NCBI RefSeq assembly: GCF_018350175.1
Contig: NC_058368.1
Location: 51,523,815-51,587,814, forward strand
DNA length: 64,000 nucleotides
Direction: 5' to 3'
DNA from: Felis catus
Taxonomy: Eukaryota
Part shown: positions 13,194 to 25,377 of the stretch, in pieces
Layout: the number at the start of each line of letters is the position of its first letter
Position numbering within the stretch: position 1 is the first letter of the stretch
Notes under the pieces: model-generated
Databases searched by the model: none
What the model was told of the DNA's origin: nothing
Seen by the model: the letters and a program-made list of their open reading frames with translations, nothing else
Program-made: the position numbers and the translations under genes

Positions 13194-13323
13194 TTTACAG
13201 TGCAGACAAAGCTAATCTTAAGCAAAGGGTTCTCATGGTTGCCTTCCCGTGGAAGACCAATGGGTCCCAATTTGCAGTACTTTAAATAGTGAATATTGTT
13301 GAATCTAGGTCTTTCTCCTTAAG
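13194..13323 (+). other. Candidate non-coding exon
   Basis: Acceptor TTGCTTTTTCTTCATAG, consensus donor AAG|GTAAGT; stops in all three frames. Confidence 0.2.
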
Positions 13324-13354
13324 GTAAGTTCTATTTCAACCCCACAAATATACA

Positions 13355-13824
13355 TTTACTGAAATATAATTGATATATAACATTTGTAAGTTTAAGATGT
13401 TAATATTGCAAAATCATTTTCACCATAATGTTAGCTAAAACCTGCAACACATCACGTAAGTACCGTTCCTTTTTTGTGTAAGAACATTTAAGATCTGTTC
13501 TTTTAGCAACTTTCAAGTATATACTATAGTATTGTTAACTAAAATCACTGCACTGTACATTTGGTCCTGGGACTTATTCATCTTATTACTAGAAGTTTGT
13601 ACTCTTGAACAACATCCCCTTTCCCCATCTTCCAGCCTCTGGTAATTACCATCTAGTCTTTGTTTCTGTGAGTTTGGCTTTTATAGGTTCCATATATAAG
13701 TGATGCCACGCAGTATTTGTCTTTCATGATCTGACTTATTTTCCTTAGCACAATGCCCTCAAGATCCATCCATGTTGTGGCAAACAACAGGATGTCCTTC
13801 TTTCTCCTGGCTGAATAATATTTC

Positions 13825-13868
<44 letters not shown>

Positions 13869-14092
13869 AAACACATCTTCTTTAGACATTAATTCACTGA
13901 TAGGTTGTTTCTGTATCTTGGCCATTATGAATAATACTGCAATGAACATGGGAGTGCAGATATCTTTTTGAGGTCGTATTTGAATTTCCTTTTGATGTAT
14001 ACCTAGAAGTGACATTGCTAGATCATATGATAGTTCAGTTTTTTAAGTTTTTGAGGAACTTCTACACTATTTGCCATAATGGCTGTACCATT
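13355..14092 (-). mobile_element. Old L1 (L1MA-like) 3' end containing (TG)n
   Basis: Minus ORF KDICTPMFIAVLFIMAK...FATTWMDLEGIVL; L1 3'UTR motifs. Confidence 0.9.
13829..13865. repeat. (TG)n microsatellite
   Basis: Pure TG run. Confidence 0.98.
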
Positions 14093-14289
14093 AAGGAAAA
14101 TTCTTAAAAGTAGAAAATTTTGGTCAAAGTTATAAACCTTCTTTGGGCTGATGATGTGAATTGCTGATTAGCTTTCCATGAACATTGTGCCAAATTCCAC
14201 TGACAACAGCTGTGGTTGATTGAGAGTATTCACCTAAATATGAAAAAAAAATCTTTTATGAATATAATAGAAAAGCATCTTTGAAAATA

Positions 14290-14496
14290 TTTTTAATATT
14301 TATTTTTGAGAGAGAGAGAGAGCGTGAGCAGTGGAGGGGCAGAGAGAGAGGGAGACACAGAATCTGAAGCAGGCTCCAGGCTCTGAGTTGCACACACAGA
14401 GCCTGAGCCTGAAGCAGGGGCTCGAACTCACAAACCATGAGACCATGACCTGAGCCAAAATCAGTTGCTTAACCAACTGAGCCACCCAGGTGCTCC
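14290..14496 (-). mobile_element. Can-SINE
   Basis: Ends GAGCCACCCAGGTGCTCC; GA tract and T tail. Confidence 0.95.
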
Positions 14497-15002
14497 TAGA
14501 AAAATATTTTATCTGTAATTTTGATTACAGTTTTTTCATTTTAATTAGATATTTTATTTTTTTGTAAATTGTTTTGGTTATGCCATTGCCAACTTTTCTA
14601 CTATAGTTTCAGCATAGTTTCACTTCTAAACAGTGAAAGTTAAATAATCATTGTATCAGGTTATATTTTACTGAAAATTATTTTTTACAGTTTGATTTTT
14701 GAAGAAGGCTGTTATATAAAAGATATCACGATCCTACCAACATTAGAGAGACACTAGAAAATGTGGGAAGTATTTTTCTGTATCTTGTGCCCAGAAAGCT
14801 GATTTCTAACATACACATAAAAATCAGTCAGGCTAAGTGATTTAAAAATTGATACCATTTCTAAGTGGATATTTGATTTTAGTAAACATTTTAGCAATGA
14901 ATCTAATTAATATTTACTAAGTGTCCAAAGCATAGCACTGAACATGGAGCAAGTTTTTAAACTCTGCTTCTACTGCTACTTCATTCCTCTGTAGAAGTTT
15001 CC

Positions 15003-15045
15003 TTATTATTATTATTATTGTTATTATTGTTATTATTATTATTAT
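15003..15045. repeat. (TTA/TTG)n microsatellite
   Basis: Trinucleotide run. Confidence 0.9.
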
Positions 15046-15825
15046 TTTTTTAAACATGGTCATGCTTTCAATTATCAGGGTCACCTATACATGGGCATAC
15101 TGTAGAGATTTCAAAATTATAATTCTTCTAGGCCTATTTTGAAGTTGGAATTTTTGAAATGTAGATTATTCTTTGAGCACGTTTTCTTCTTTCTCTATGA
15201 CTTTGCTAACTTGCAACCTCTTTCTTCCTTATATGCTTCCTCAAATATAAGATGAGAAAAACAGTTATGCTCAACCCTGGTTACCAAATGTGTTAAATGA
15301 TATTGCTGTACAGCATAGCCAAATGGCAGCTTCTTTTTATCTTTTGCAGTGAATTCTTTTATGGCCTTTTAACCAATGGTCAACTCTACTTTGAGAAGCA
15401 GACATTGTCCTGTGGGCTGAAACATCTGAATCTTAAGTTTTTGTCACCAACATTATAACCCGCTAAGTTGTCATTACCGTGACATGATCTGCAGAAATAT
15501 AAGACTTTATTTTTGGTATTTATAAGTTATATTTTGTTTTATTTTATAGTTATATTTATACTTGATTAATTCTGCTTGCTCTCCATCCAATATTGTAACT
15601 CTCAGAAGGCAGATATGTGTCTTATCACTCCATCCCTGCAAAGATTCTTGATGTAAATTTTGTTTTAGGAAGTTGAATTGAGTCATCCTATTTTGAGAAT
15701 TGAATTGCACATCCTATGTGATTTGCTTAGGGAGCATATTTGGCTTTCTCTGGTTGGTCCCGAGTTGGATGCAAGGGAAAATTATTTGAAAATAACCATT
15801 AATTTTGCCCTTTTTAAAAAAATTA

Positions 15826-16022
15826 ATTTATTTCTTAATTTACATCCCAGTTAGTTAGCATATAGTGCAACAATGATTTCAGGAGTAGATTCCTTAATGC
15901 CCCTTACCCATTTAACCCATCCCCCCCCCCCCACAACCCCTTCAGCAACCCTCTGTTTGTTCTCCATATTTAAGAACCTCTTATGTTTTGTCCCACTGCC
16001 TGTTTTTATAATATTTTTGCTT
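15826..16022 (-). mobile_element. Short felid L1 3'-end fragment
   Basis: TTTACATCCCAGTTAGTTAGCATATAGTGCAACAATGATTTCAGGAGTAGATTCC, same L1 3' end as at ~42215-42270. Confidence 0.9.
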
Positions 16023-17470
16023 CTAAAAAATAACTATAGCTTATTGTTTTCTCAGAGGGAGCTGGCTGCCATCTTTCCCTGAGCTGTGAGTTTTTCAAGT
16101 TACCTCAAGGATGGAATGTTGTAATTATTTACTGGAATGACTTTATTTTCAATTAAAATTGATATCTATTTTCAAGAAACCTCTATAATCCTGGGATAAT
16201 AATTACCCACACTTCACAATTGTTAGAGTTCTTCTAATGTCTAGTTTAAATTCTCCCTGCTGTAATTTCCATCTGCTATATGGGACTGAGAATTATTGTT
16301 TTCTATCATTTATGTAGAAAGTGTTTTCATACTCAAAAACAAGGGTCAGTCTCTCTTAAAGCTTCTTGACTTCAGGTTGTATAAATTAAGCTCTTTTCTC
16401 ACACTTTTTACTACCAAAATTTTAATGATATCTGTCCCTTTATAATGGACTTTTTCAAAATTGCCATGGAGAACCTTATATAAGTTTTGACTAATGCATT
16501 ATTGTTTGCACAGTGCTAAGTCATAGGTATACTTGTGGATTCCAGAGGTGAATGGAATCATGAAGAGAAGAGTTAATTTAGGTCATGAAAGAAATTAGTA
16601 AAGGCCTAATAACCAACCCCATCAGCCCTCTGGAAAAAAGAGAAGCATGCAACAGAGTTTATTTAATACGGTATCTTTTTTGTTAGCCATCCCGTGAGCC
16701 TAATAGAAGGAAATGTTTCTGTTTCCATAATGTACTGCTATAAATAGCAAGAAAATAAATGCCAATTCAAATTTCATGAAATACATGGAATTTTCTGCCA
16801 GATTATGACTGAGGGAGAGACTTAGTCAATGGACTCTGGTTAACGTACATGAAGACACCAGAACTGATTCACTGAACTATGCACTTAGAGTGTGATCACA
16901 TTGACCCAAATACTCTCTTTTCCTGGGCTCTGGTTTGATCACTTGCCACCTCTGTGCCCTAAGCAGTGGTGTGTGACCAAATAATGTAGCTGATTTACCC
17001 TTTGGCCTTTGAAATAGTGACTGTGGCCTCATTAGTTCTAAGCTCTAGTAAACTACACAAAAATAACTGACTGAAGATAAAATCTTCTGTTGGACTTTCC
17101 AATTTTTTTTCCTCTTACATGGTAAAAGTGAATAGAAATTTATTTTGAGCCTGTTGACTTTGCCACTTGACTTTACTGTTCAGCAGGAAACTCCCTTTCC
17201 TTTTAGTTAGAACTAGTCATTCCAGCCAAGTTCACCCAGGGAATACAAAGAGCTGGGCTTTATAGCTTGCAGCTCAGATGCCACTGACACCATCATACAT
17301 TCCCAGGTGCCGCTGGTGCTGGCACTGCCACTACTGTGGCCCCTGGATGCTGCCGCAACTATGAAAGAGGGTCATTGTCCTGTCATGATACTGCCAAATG
17401 AATCTGCCACCTCACCCTCTTTTCTGGCTCTTTGTGTCACTAGCTCCAGATTAAAAATCCTAAAGAGTTT

Positions 17471-18139
17471 TGATGAGGGAGCATAAGGCAAACTGAGACC
17501 CCATAAACCTCCTCCCTCCTTAGGTGCGATATGTGTGACATTTCTCAGGCACTCTTGGCTGCCCTAAAGCTAAGAGAAAAAAAACAAATGGTGAACTGAT
17601 AGAGATCACAGTCATGCAGGAGTCTCCATCAGTTTACAGGAAAAAGGCAATCTTATAAATAAACTAGCAGAAACCTATAGACTCAGTTTCCTGGAGCCCT
17701 GACATCACCCTCCTCTCCATAGTGATGTGGGGAACAAAGGCAAGAAGGAAAATAGTAGATAAAATTTAATTTCCTTATAACTTGCAGCCTGTTGACAAAT
17801 ACTTCAGATAGGCAGAGTACAACATTCCTCCAGGAATTCCCTATTGTCTTAATGCCTTACTAGAGGGGAAAACAACCTTAGCTTGACAATAGCTAGGCCT
17901 CTTTTATCTTGTGAGTCTTCTATAGCATTTGAAAGTCCTTTTGGAAACCTTCATTTTCCTTACCTCCACCTATGCCCAGGTATATAGTCAGTCACCCCTT
18001 ACACTTAAAATGCAGCTCTTTCTGTGCAGGGGTCCTCCAGTCCCTGTGCTTTAATAAAATCACCTTTTTGCACCAGAGACATCTTAGAGAATTCTTTCTG
18101 GGCCTTCTGGACCCCCACCACCACACCAAAACCGCATCA
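17471..18139 (+). mobile_element. Solo retroviral LTR (~670 bp, probably ERV1 class)
   Basis: Termini TGATG...CATCA; 4-bp flanks GTTT/ATTT; TATATA at 17981 and AATAAA at 18053. Confidence 0.85.
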
Positions 18140-18742
18140 ATTTGATCCTGATGAGTGGCTGAGCCTTGTTCACGTTCACATGGCCTAACTACCACTCTTC
18201 TTGGGAAAACAAGTATCCATCCTTTTCAGCTTCTTTAGTGGGAGGTAGACTGCCATCTGTGAAGATTTAAAGGGTGGGGAAGTGCCTCAGACATGGAAGG
18301 TGTGGGAGTTCAGACAAATGCATTACAAGCTGGGAAGTGCAATGTATGTTCTGAGGCTGGAAAGCATGGAGAAAAAGTGGGGAAAACACTCTGGAGGTGA
18401 GGAAATGGTAAGTACAAATAAAATCTATGACACATCAAAATGTGCAAAACACAAACATAATTGTTTGAATTGGAAGCTGAACTAGCTATCCCTGCCTCCC
18501 TCCCTCCCTGCACATCAATTTTGCTTGAAACAACAACTGACAAATGAGTTTTGAGTTTTAGCTAGTTGGCAGACACTATCTTGAAAGTGAATGAGATGAG
18601 TCTGTCCTTTAAGAAAAAAATAGTTTTTGCGGCCAGTGATAAAATTAGGATTTTGAAAAACCTGTATCTGTCAACTCAACAACATCCTAACACTTAGGGA
18701 GCTTTCTAATGCGGTTATTGGTGAAATTAATGGATGTGATTT

Positions 18743-18957
18743 ATTTTATTTTATTTATATATATTTTTAATCTTTATTTTTGACAGAGACAGATGCAAGG
18801 GTGGGAGGAACAGAGAGAGGGAGACATAGAATCCAAAGCAGGCTTCAGGCTCTGAGCTGTCAGCATAGATCCTGACACGGGGTTCAAACCCATGAACCAC
18901 AAGTTCATGACCTGAGCTGAAGTCAGCCGCTTAACTGACTGAGCCACTCAGCGCCCC
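18743..18957 (-). mobile_element. Can-SINE in Charlie1
   Basis: TSD TGGATGTGATTT at 18731-18742 and 18958-18969. Confidence 0.96.
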
Positions 18958-19386
18958 TGGATGTGATTTTTTTTTTTTTAATTATACAATCAACTATGCC
19001 AACATTTGGAAGATCTGTATAATTCAGTGAGCAAATATTAGCAAAATGAACAATGCAGGATGTTACAAAATCATGGGAAAAAATTCATTCAAAGAGCAAG
19101 ACAAACCAATAGATTCTGTAACAGAGAATGAAAAATTCACTGGCATGGTTTTAGATTCTATATTGCAACTAACTTCCAAAAAATGATCAATGTCCAGTTT
19201 TGGTATAGTTATCAGTGAAGCATATCCACAATTATCTGAAAGGCTATTAAAAATACTCTTCCCTTCTCCAACCGTATATCTATGAGACTAGATTTACTTG
19301 ATATTTTTCAATCACAACATATTACAACAGATTAAATGTAGAAGCAGCCACAAGAATCCAACTCCTACCTATTTAAGACACATATT

Positions 19387-19598
19387 TAAAAAAAATTTTT
19401 TTTGATGTTTATTTATTTTTGAGAGAGGGAGAGACAGAATGTGAATGGGTTGGGGCAGAGAGAGAGGGAGGCACAGAATCCAAAGCAGGCTCTGAGCTGT
19501 CAGCACAGAGTCTGACGCGGGGCTCGAACTCACGAGCTGTGAGATCATGACCTGAGCCGAGGTTGGGCGCTCAACCGACTGAGCCACCCAGGTGCCCC
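19387..19598 (-). mobile_element. Can-SINE in Charlie1
   Basis: TSD TATTTAAG[A/T]CACATATT at 19370-19386 and 19599-19615. Confidence 0.96.
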
Positions 19599-19827
19599 TA
19601 TTTAAGTCACATATTAAAGACATCTGCCAAAATATAAAACAATATCAATCTTCTCATTTTTTAATTTTGGAAAATGCATTATTGATGTTAACGTATAGAA
19701 CATTTATTATTGTTTTTTTAACGGAAATAACACTTTCCTAATTTTTATTACTGTTACTTTTTTCTACTCTCAACAGTGGATAGATATCCAGAGAATCAAT
19801 GTTTACTATTATTATTATTTTTTAAAT

Positions 19828-20600
19828 GACATCATTAGTCATTAGGGAATAAAAATCAAAGCCACTTCACATACACTAGAATGGCTATAATAATAATTTA
19901 ATAATAATTTTTTTTTAAATAGCAAATGTTGATGAGAATGTGAAAAAAACTCTGACCTCATATATTGCTGGTGGGAATGTAAAAAGCTGCAAACTGTTTT
20001 TGGAAAACAGTTTGATAGTTTCTCAAAAAGTTAAACAGAGTTATCATACGATCCAGCAATTCCATTTCTAGGTATATACCTAAAAGAATTGAAAACATGC
20101 TTACAAAAAAGCTTGTACAGAAACGTTCATAGCAGCATTATTCACAATAGCCAAGAAGTAGAAACGACCCAGGTGTCTATCAACTGATGAATGTATAAAC
20201 AAAAATTGTATATCTACACAATGGAACATTATTCAGCCATAAAAAGGGGTAAAGTACTCATTCATGCTATGACACAGGTGAACCTTGAAAACATTATGCT
20301 AAGAGAAAGAAGTTAGATACAAAAAGCCGTATGTTATATGATTCCATTTATATGAAATGTCCAGAATAGGCAAATCCATAACAACAGAAAGTGGATTAGT
20401 GATTGCCAGAGGCTCAGAAGAGGAGGGAATGAGAGTGATTGCTAATGGATATGGAGGCTTTTGGAGGGATGGTAAAGAAAATGTTCTTGACTTAGATAGC
20501 GGTGATGGTTGTAAAACCTTGTGAATACACTAAAAACCACTGACATACACTTTTAAAATGGTCCATTTTAGGGTATGTGAATTGTATCTCAATGAAAAAG
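19828..20600 (+). mobile_element. Old L1 (L1MB-like) 3' end
   Basis: ATTGCTGGTGGGAATGTAAA...CAGCAATTCCATTTCTAGGTATATACC...ATGATTCCATTTATATGAAATGTCCAGAATAGGCAAATCC. Confidence 0.88.
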
Positions 20601-20780
20601 AAGTATGTACACCAGGAAAAAACTTCTGATGTTAGTGGTTAGCAACTAATGCTAAAGTTATTCCCATTGCAAACTGTTTTGAGTAGCAGGATTTGAAGTG
20701 TTGACTATTTGGTGTAAATCATACAAAGATACAGATGTTGGTGATTTTAGAAGTACTCAACTTTCCTATTTTCGTTTTAG

Positions 20781-20870
20781 GCCTGGCTAGCCTTAGTGGC
20801 TTTGCTTCATTTAGATGCTAATGATCATTGCCATAGCACAAAATCCCTACATTTTTCACTTTTAGCAATG
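20781..20870 (+). other. Candidate 90-nt in-frame exon (AWLALVALLHLDANDHCHSTKSLHFSLLAM)
   Basis: Acceptor CTTTCCTATTTTCGTTTTAG, donor ATG|GTGAGT, open phase 0-0; peptide not recognised. Confidence 0.25.
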
Positions 20871-21358
20871 GTGAGTGAGCTCAGTGACAGTGACTGGAGC
20901 CATCTGATTTCATGAGGCTTGCTGACATCTCAGGGTACTTTTCCACCAGGAAGAGAAGGAAGCCAGATGGAGGCTGGTTGGCAGTTGGAGTGGGGGTGGG
21001 GTGAGTGGTAGTCTTTGTGAGCATGGCAGCAGGACTGTCTCGGCAGTGATGACACACGAACTATCTGGCTAGAAGTGGCATCACTGCAAAGGTTTACTCA
21101 GTGTGGGGCAGAACTCTATTAACAAGTCTATTCCCCTAGTGGCCTGACAAGCAATATCAGAACTCCAGTCCTAGCAGGAAGTGATTAAGGGCCCTGTCCC
21201 AGTGGCAGAGACAGGAATTGGCATGGAAGACCAGCCACAGAGACTAGATGATATTGTTGAGTGTGAAGAAAATGCTTCAGTTTTAGTGGTCACAGACTTC
21301 CAGAGTTGCCCTAAGTACAAGCGGAGGTTACAGAACTAACTCTAGATTAAATCAACCA

Positions 21359-21390
<32 letters not shown>

Positions 21391-22254
21391 TCCTAGGCTT
21401 ACATTTTGGCTTGGGAGGAATTACTGATGGTGTTAAATGCTTATTCATGTTCCATGTGGACTTTTGTTTGTTTTTTGTGCAAGTCTTTACCAATGATGGG
21501 AATTCACTATTACTGAAAGACAAAATCACTGAATTACTACTGAATATTACTGAGTGACAAAAAAAAAAAAAATACAATACAAATTGTTGGGAACACTGTA
21601 TACTGACAACAAAAAAATGGGGTCACTGAAAAGTGTTAATTATAGAAAAACATACTTTGCAATTTGGGTGAGTTTCATTATATACTTTAAAATTGGTTTA
21701 ATTTCCATTTTTAAAGACAAAAACTTTTCTCCTCCTCTTTCACTGAGAACAAGCCCCAATTAACAGAAATGCAACATCGATTTGCATAACAATAGCTTCC
21801 TTGGCATTAGAAAAGCTTGGCATTTGGTTTTCTCTAAATGAAAGGTTTGGTCTCTGTAGGACATAGCAATATTTTTATCTTAATATTTTGTAATCTTTCT
21901 ATTATTTTCTGAAATCTGAATTTCAGTACATAATATATAATCATGCTCCTTGTTGACATGGCTGAAAGTGCCTCTTAATCTCTTATCCTTTGACCCTATC
22001 TCGCTTTCCATTTGCACTACTTCCTCCTAATGCTCTAGCCACACAGAATGATCTTTTCCACATTCCTCAAATAATCCATGGTCTTTCGTGGCACCACAGA
22101 GACTCAGTTACTCCTAGCTCTGTGTTCCCACCGCACTTTACCCCTCCAGGTATGGTGAGTTTTTACATTACATACACTCTAAGGTACTCAAGCAGAGATA
22201 GATGCCTCAGGGTTCTCCTCCTGTGCCTCAAGATTCACCTCTCACTGGTAGAGA

Positions 22255-22460
22255 AAAGAGAATGAGCTCTAGAGTCAGATCTCAGTTGGCATTTTAACCC
22301 CACCACTAATCATTAGCAGGTTAAACTTGATGACTCATTGATTCTCTGAACTTTAGTTTCCCATTTATAAAATTGGATGAGTAATACCTAGCTCATAGGG
22401 TCATTGTGAAGGTTGACGAGGATTCTGTAAGACAATGTACCTGTTCCATTCATAAACGCT
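22255..22460 (+). mobile_element. MIR fragment
   Basis: TAGAGTCAGA...TCTCTGAACTTTAGTTTCCCATTTATAAAATTGG...AATACCTAGCTCATAGGGTCATTGTGAAG. Confidence 0.75.
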
Positions 22461-22554
22461 AACTCCTTGCTCCCCCCTTCCAGCTTTTAATATGTATAAT
22501 TTTGACAATATGTCTATTATATCTCCAACTAGATTATACCAACAGGGAGTGAGA

Positions 22555-22671
22555 TGGCCATGATCTCACGGCTTCTTGGGTCTGAGCCCCACATCGGGCT
22601 CGGCAGCCATCACAGAGCCTGCTTAGGATCCTCTCTCTCCCTCTCTTTCTGCCCTTCCCCAACTCACTCTG
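22555..22671 (+). mobile_element. Internal Can-SINE fragment with no head, tail or TSD; inverted copy of 27011-27127
   Basis: Ungapped match to the reverse complement of 27011-27127, 7 mismatches in 117 nt by my count. Confidence 0.88.
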
Positions 22672-24316
22672 ATGAGTGAATAGCTCTGAGTTTTCTTCCC
22701 AAATTTCTTCGGAAGTTGTGGTTTTTCACCAGCTTTAAGTGAAGAGTTCTGTGTTCAAACACACATACGCTCAGTTCAAATGGGAAACTAGATGCGACTG
22801 CAGCTCTTTCACCTTCTCCCCCATCTTCACCTTGTCTTGGGTTCCAAATGGTAGTACTTTCTGGGATCCCAAATGGAAATTTGAGATGAAAAATACTGTT
22901 TCTTCATATTTGTACCTATTTTATTTAGCTTTTCATTCCATTTAGATTATTTTACTCTATGTAGTTCCAGGATACATTCTTTAACCACATGTTTGGTTTT
23001 CAAATAATAAGGTTTTTACTGAGCATCTATAAGAACTTCTGTTTTTCTTTCTCAAAATTAACCAGGCTCAGTAATGGCTTGTTAACTTATGAAGTCATTA
23101 GATTCTGTAGATATGCTTAGAGAATTAAAAAATGACAACCAAAATTATTGCTATGAAAAATCCATAAAAGATAAATGAATGGTGGTTGGGTAATAGCTTT
23201 TTATTCAAAAAGGATAGCTTTTTATTTCATCAGAGAAGGTTTTTCTTTCAGTGCTATATTAAAAACTTTCATATGTTCAAATTTAGAGTTATTGTCTTAG
23301 AAGGAACAATGGTTATTGCAAGTTCCTACTTTTTCTCTTAGAAAATTTTATTAACCATGGAAGGATCTCTCTAGGCAATGCTTTGGATCCTTAACAAAGC
23401 AAGTTATATGTATCTTTTATGAAAATTTTATAATAGAATTAAATAGTTAAAAAAAATACCAGGTAGCTAATTCAAAAGTAATTATACAAACCAGAATATT
23501 CCGAAAGTTTATTCTTTTTAATCATTTTAGAAATTAAAGTTCAGAGAAGGTTTTAGCTTTGCCAGGAATACTCAGAAAAAGCTACGTAGAGTTCATGTTT
23601 GAGTGAAGTCTTAAATAGTAAGAATTTGTACAATGAGGAAGTGAGGAAAGCATTTCAGGTGGAATGAATAGCTTTTGCCAGTTAATGTTGGGTTTGGCTT
23701 TTATGTGATAGCCTTACAAATGTTGAAAATAGGTATTATGATAACTGTCAGTCTTTATTCTTCAGGGAAATGTACATATTAAGAGTATAGAAAGAATAGG
23801 CAATTTCTCCTTACTTAAGCTTCCTTTTTTCCTCTGGAATTAGTATCCAGCAAAATAAGCTAGGCAATGTTCCAGGCTGCTACTAGAGTGTTCCTAGGGA
23901 TGTTAGGTTACTGTCAACCCCCAAGGAATATCTTTGTTCCGCAACATTCTTTCCTGCATTATGTACAAAAATTACAAAACCTGAAACTCATATACAAAAC
24001 CTTGTGAACACTGCCTTAGAGGAGACTCCTGGTCTTGCCTGAAGCCAAATCTTCAGTGTTTTCATTATCTATAACTTGTTATATATATTATCTTGCTCCC
24101 ATTTCTTTCACATTTTTTTATCTTGGGGATAGAATAGAATTCATATCTTGTACTTCTTTATATTTTTCTATGTGTTTAATGTAATGCTAGAATCTAGATA
24201 GAGCTTCCTAAATACCTCTTAGATTGCTTCTTGATTTGACCATAATGGGAATGAGAAAAACTGCTGAAAAATATGTAAGGCTAGTTAAACTGGAGATGTA
24301 ATGGTAGAAGGGAACA

Positions 24317-24774
24317 TGTATTAGATATTTCCCATTGCCCTTCCAGACCCAGTCTGCATCTTACTCTGACTGATCTTTATGGACTGTTATCAATTGTTAC
24401 CTTGACCTTTTGCTTCCATTTGGGTTCATCCAATAGGAGAAATTGGAAGGAAATCTAAAGGGTAGAATAGGCTATTTATTCACCCTGTTGCCACTCTACA
24501 GGACCTTGTGGCAATTTCCTCTACCTGAGTACACAGCTTCTTGTCAGCAACATTTTCCTACACATATAACTATAACACCTCTTCAGGTCCCAGTAATTGC
24601 TTGCTCCTTTTGCCCCTTCAGATCTAGTGATAATAATGACTCCCAATTATTTTAGCTGTGGGGCACTTCACTATCATTTGTTGATTTCCTTAACCCTGCT
24701 CACCCCTTCAGAAGATATTTCCATCTATCTCTTTACTCATCCTCTCATATCTTGCCAGGGATCTAAATGATACA
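24317..24774 (+). mobile_element. ERVL solo LTR (LTR16-like)
   Basis: TGTATT...GATACA termini; TGCCCCTTCAGATCTAGTGATAATAATG...TTTCCTTAACCCTGCTCAC motifs. Confidence 0.7.
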
Positions 24775-24955
24775 GGTGGTGGTCATAACTTTTTGACTAA
24801 TTCTGGAAATGACAATTTGCATTTTATTATTGTTACTGTAGAGCAGATTTCTTTCTTTCTTTTTTATTTCTGTGAATATTTACTTTTCAGAATAATAATA
24901 ACTAAAAAAGACAGACAGAGTTCCTGAGGTGGACGCTTGAGATTACCTATAATTT

Positions 24956-25205
24956 TATTATTTTTTGTTTATTTTTAATTTTTATTTAAATTCTAGTTAA
25001 TTAACATACAGTGTAATATTGGTTTTAGGAGTGGAATTCAATGATTCATCAATTACATATAACACTGAGTGCTCATCATAACAAGTGCCCTCCTTAGTAC
25101 CTATTACCCATCTGGCCCGTCCCCCACCTCCCTCGCTCTATCAACCCACAGTTGGTTCTCTATCTTTAAGAGTCTCTCATGGTTTGTTTCCCTCTCTCTT
25201 TTCTT
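24956..25205 (-). mobile_element. Carnivore L1 3'-end fragment
   Basis: TTAACATACAGTGTAATATTGG...GTGCTCATCATAACAAGTGCCCTCC L1 3'UTR; within TSD GATTACCTATAATTT shared with the adjacent SINE. Confidence 0.9.
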
Positions 25206-25377
25206 TTTATAAATATATTTTTTTATTTTTTTGAGAGAGAGTGTGTGGGGGCGGGGGGGGGGGGGAGGAGAAGGGCAGAGGGAGAGAGAGAGAGAGAAAA
25301 ACTGAATCAGACTCCATTCTCAGTATAGGCTCAATCCCATGACCCTGGGATCATGACCTGAGCTGAAATCAAGAGTT
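25206..25377 (-). mobile_element. 5'-truncated Can-SINE
   Basis: GATCATGACCTGAGCTGAAATCAAGAGTT, then TSD at 25378-25392. Confidence 0.9.

Larger units (their letters stand above)
18400..19790 (+). mobile_element. hAT-Charlie1 DNA transposon fossil (transposase 3' part), split by two SINEs
   Basis: CAACATTTGGAAGATCTG...CCACAATTATCTGAAAGGCTATTAAAATACTCTTCCCTTCTCCAAC..ATATCTATGAG match Charlie1 (hAT dimerisation region). Confidence 0.85.

Noticed and set aside
18400..19790. Domesticated hAT transposase (ZBED-like gene)
   Set aside because: No open frame, and two SINE insertions interrupt it.
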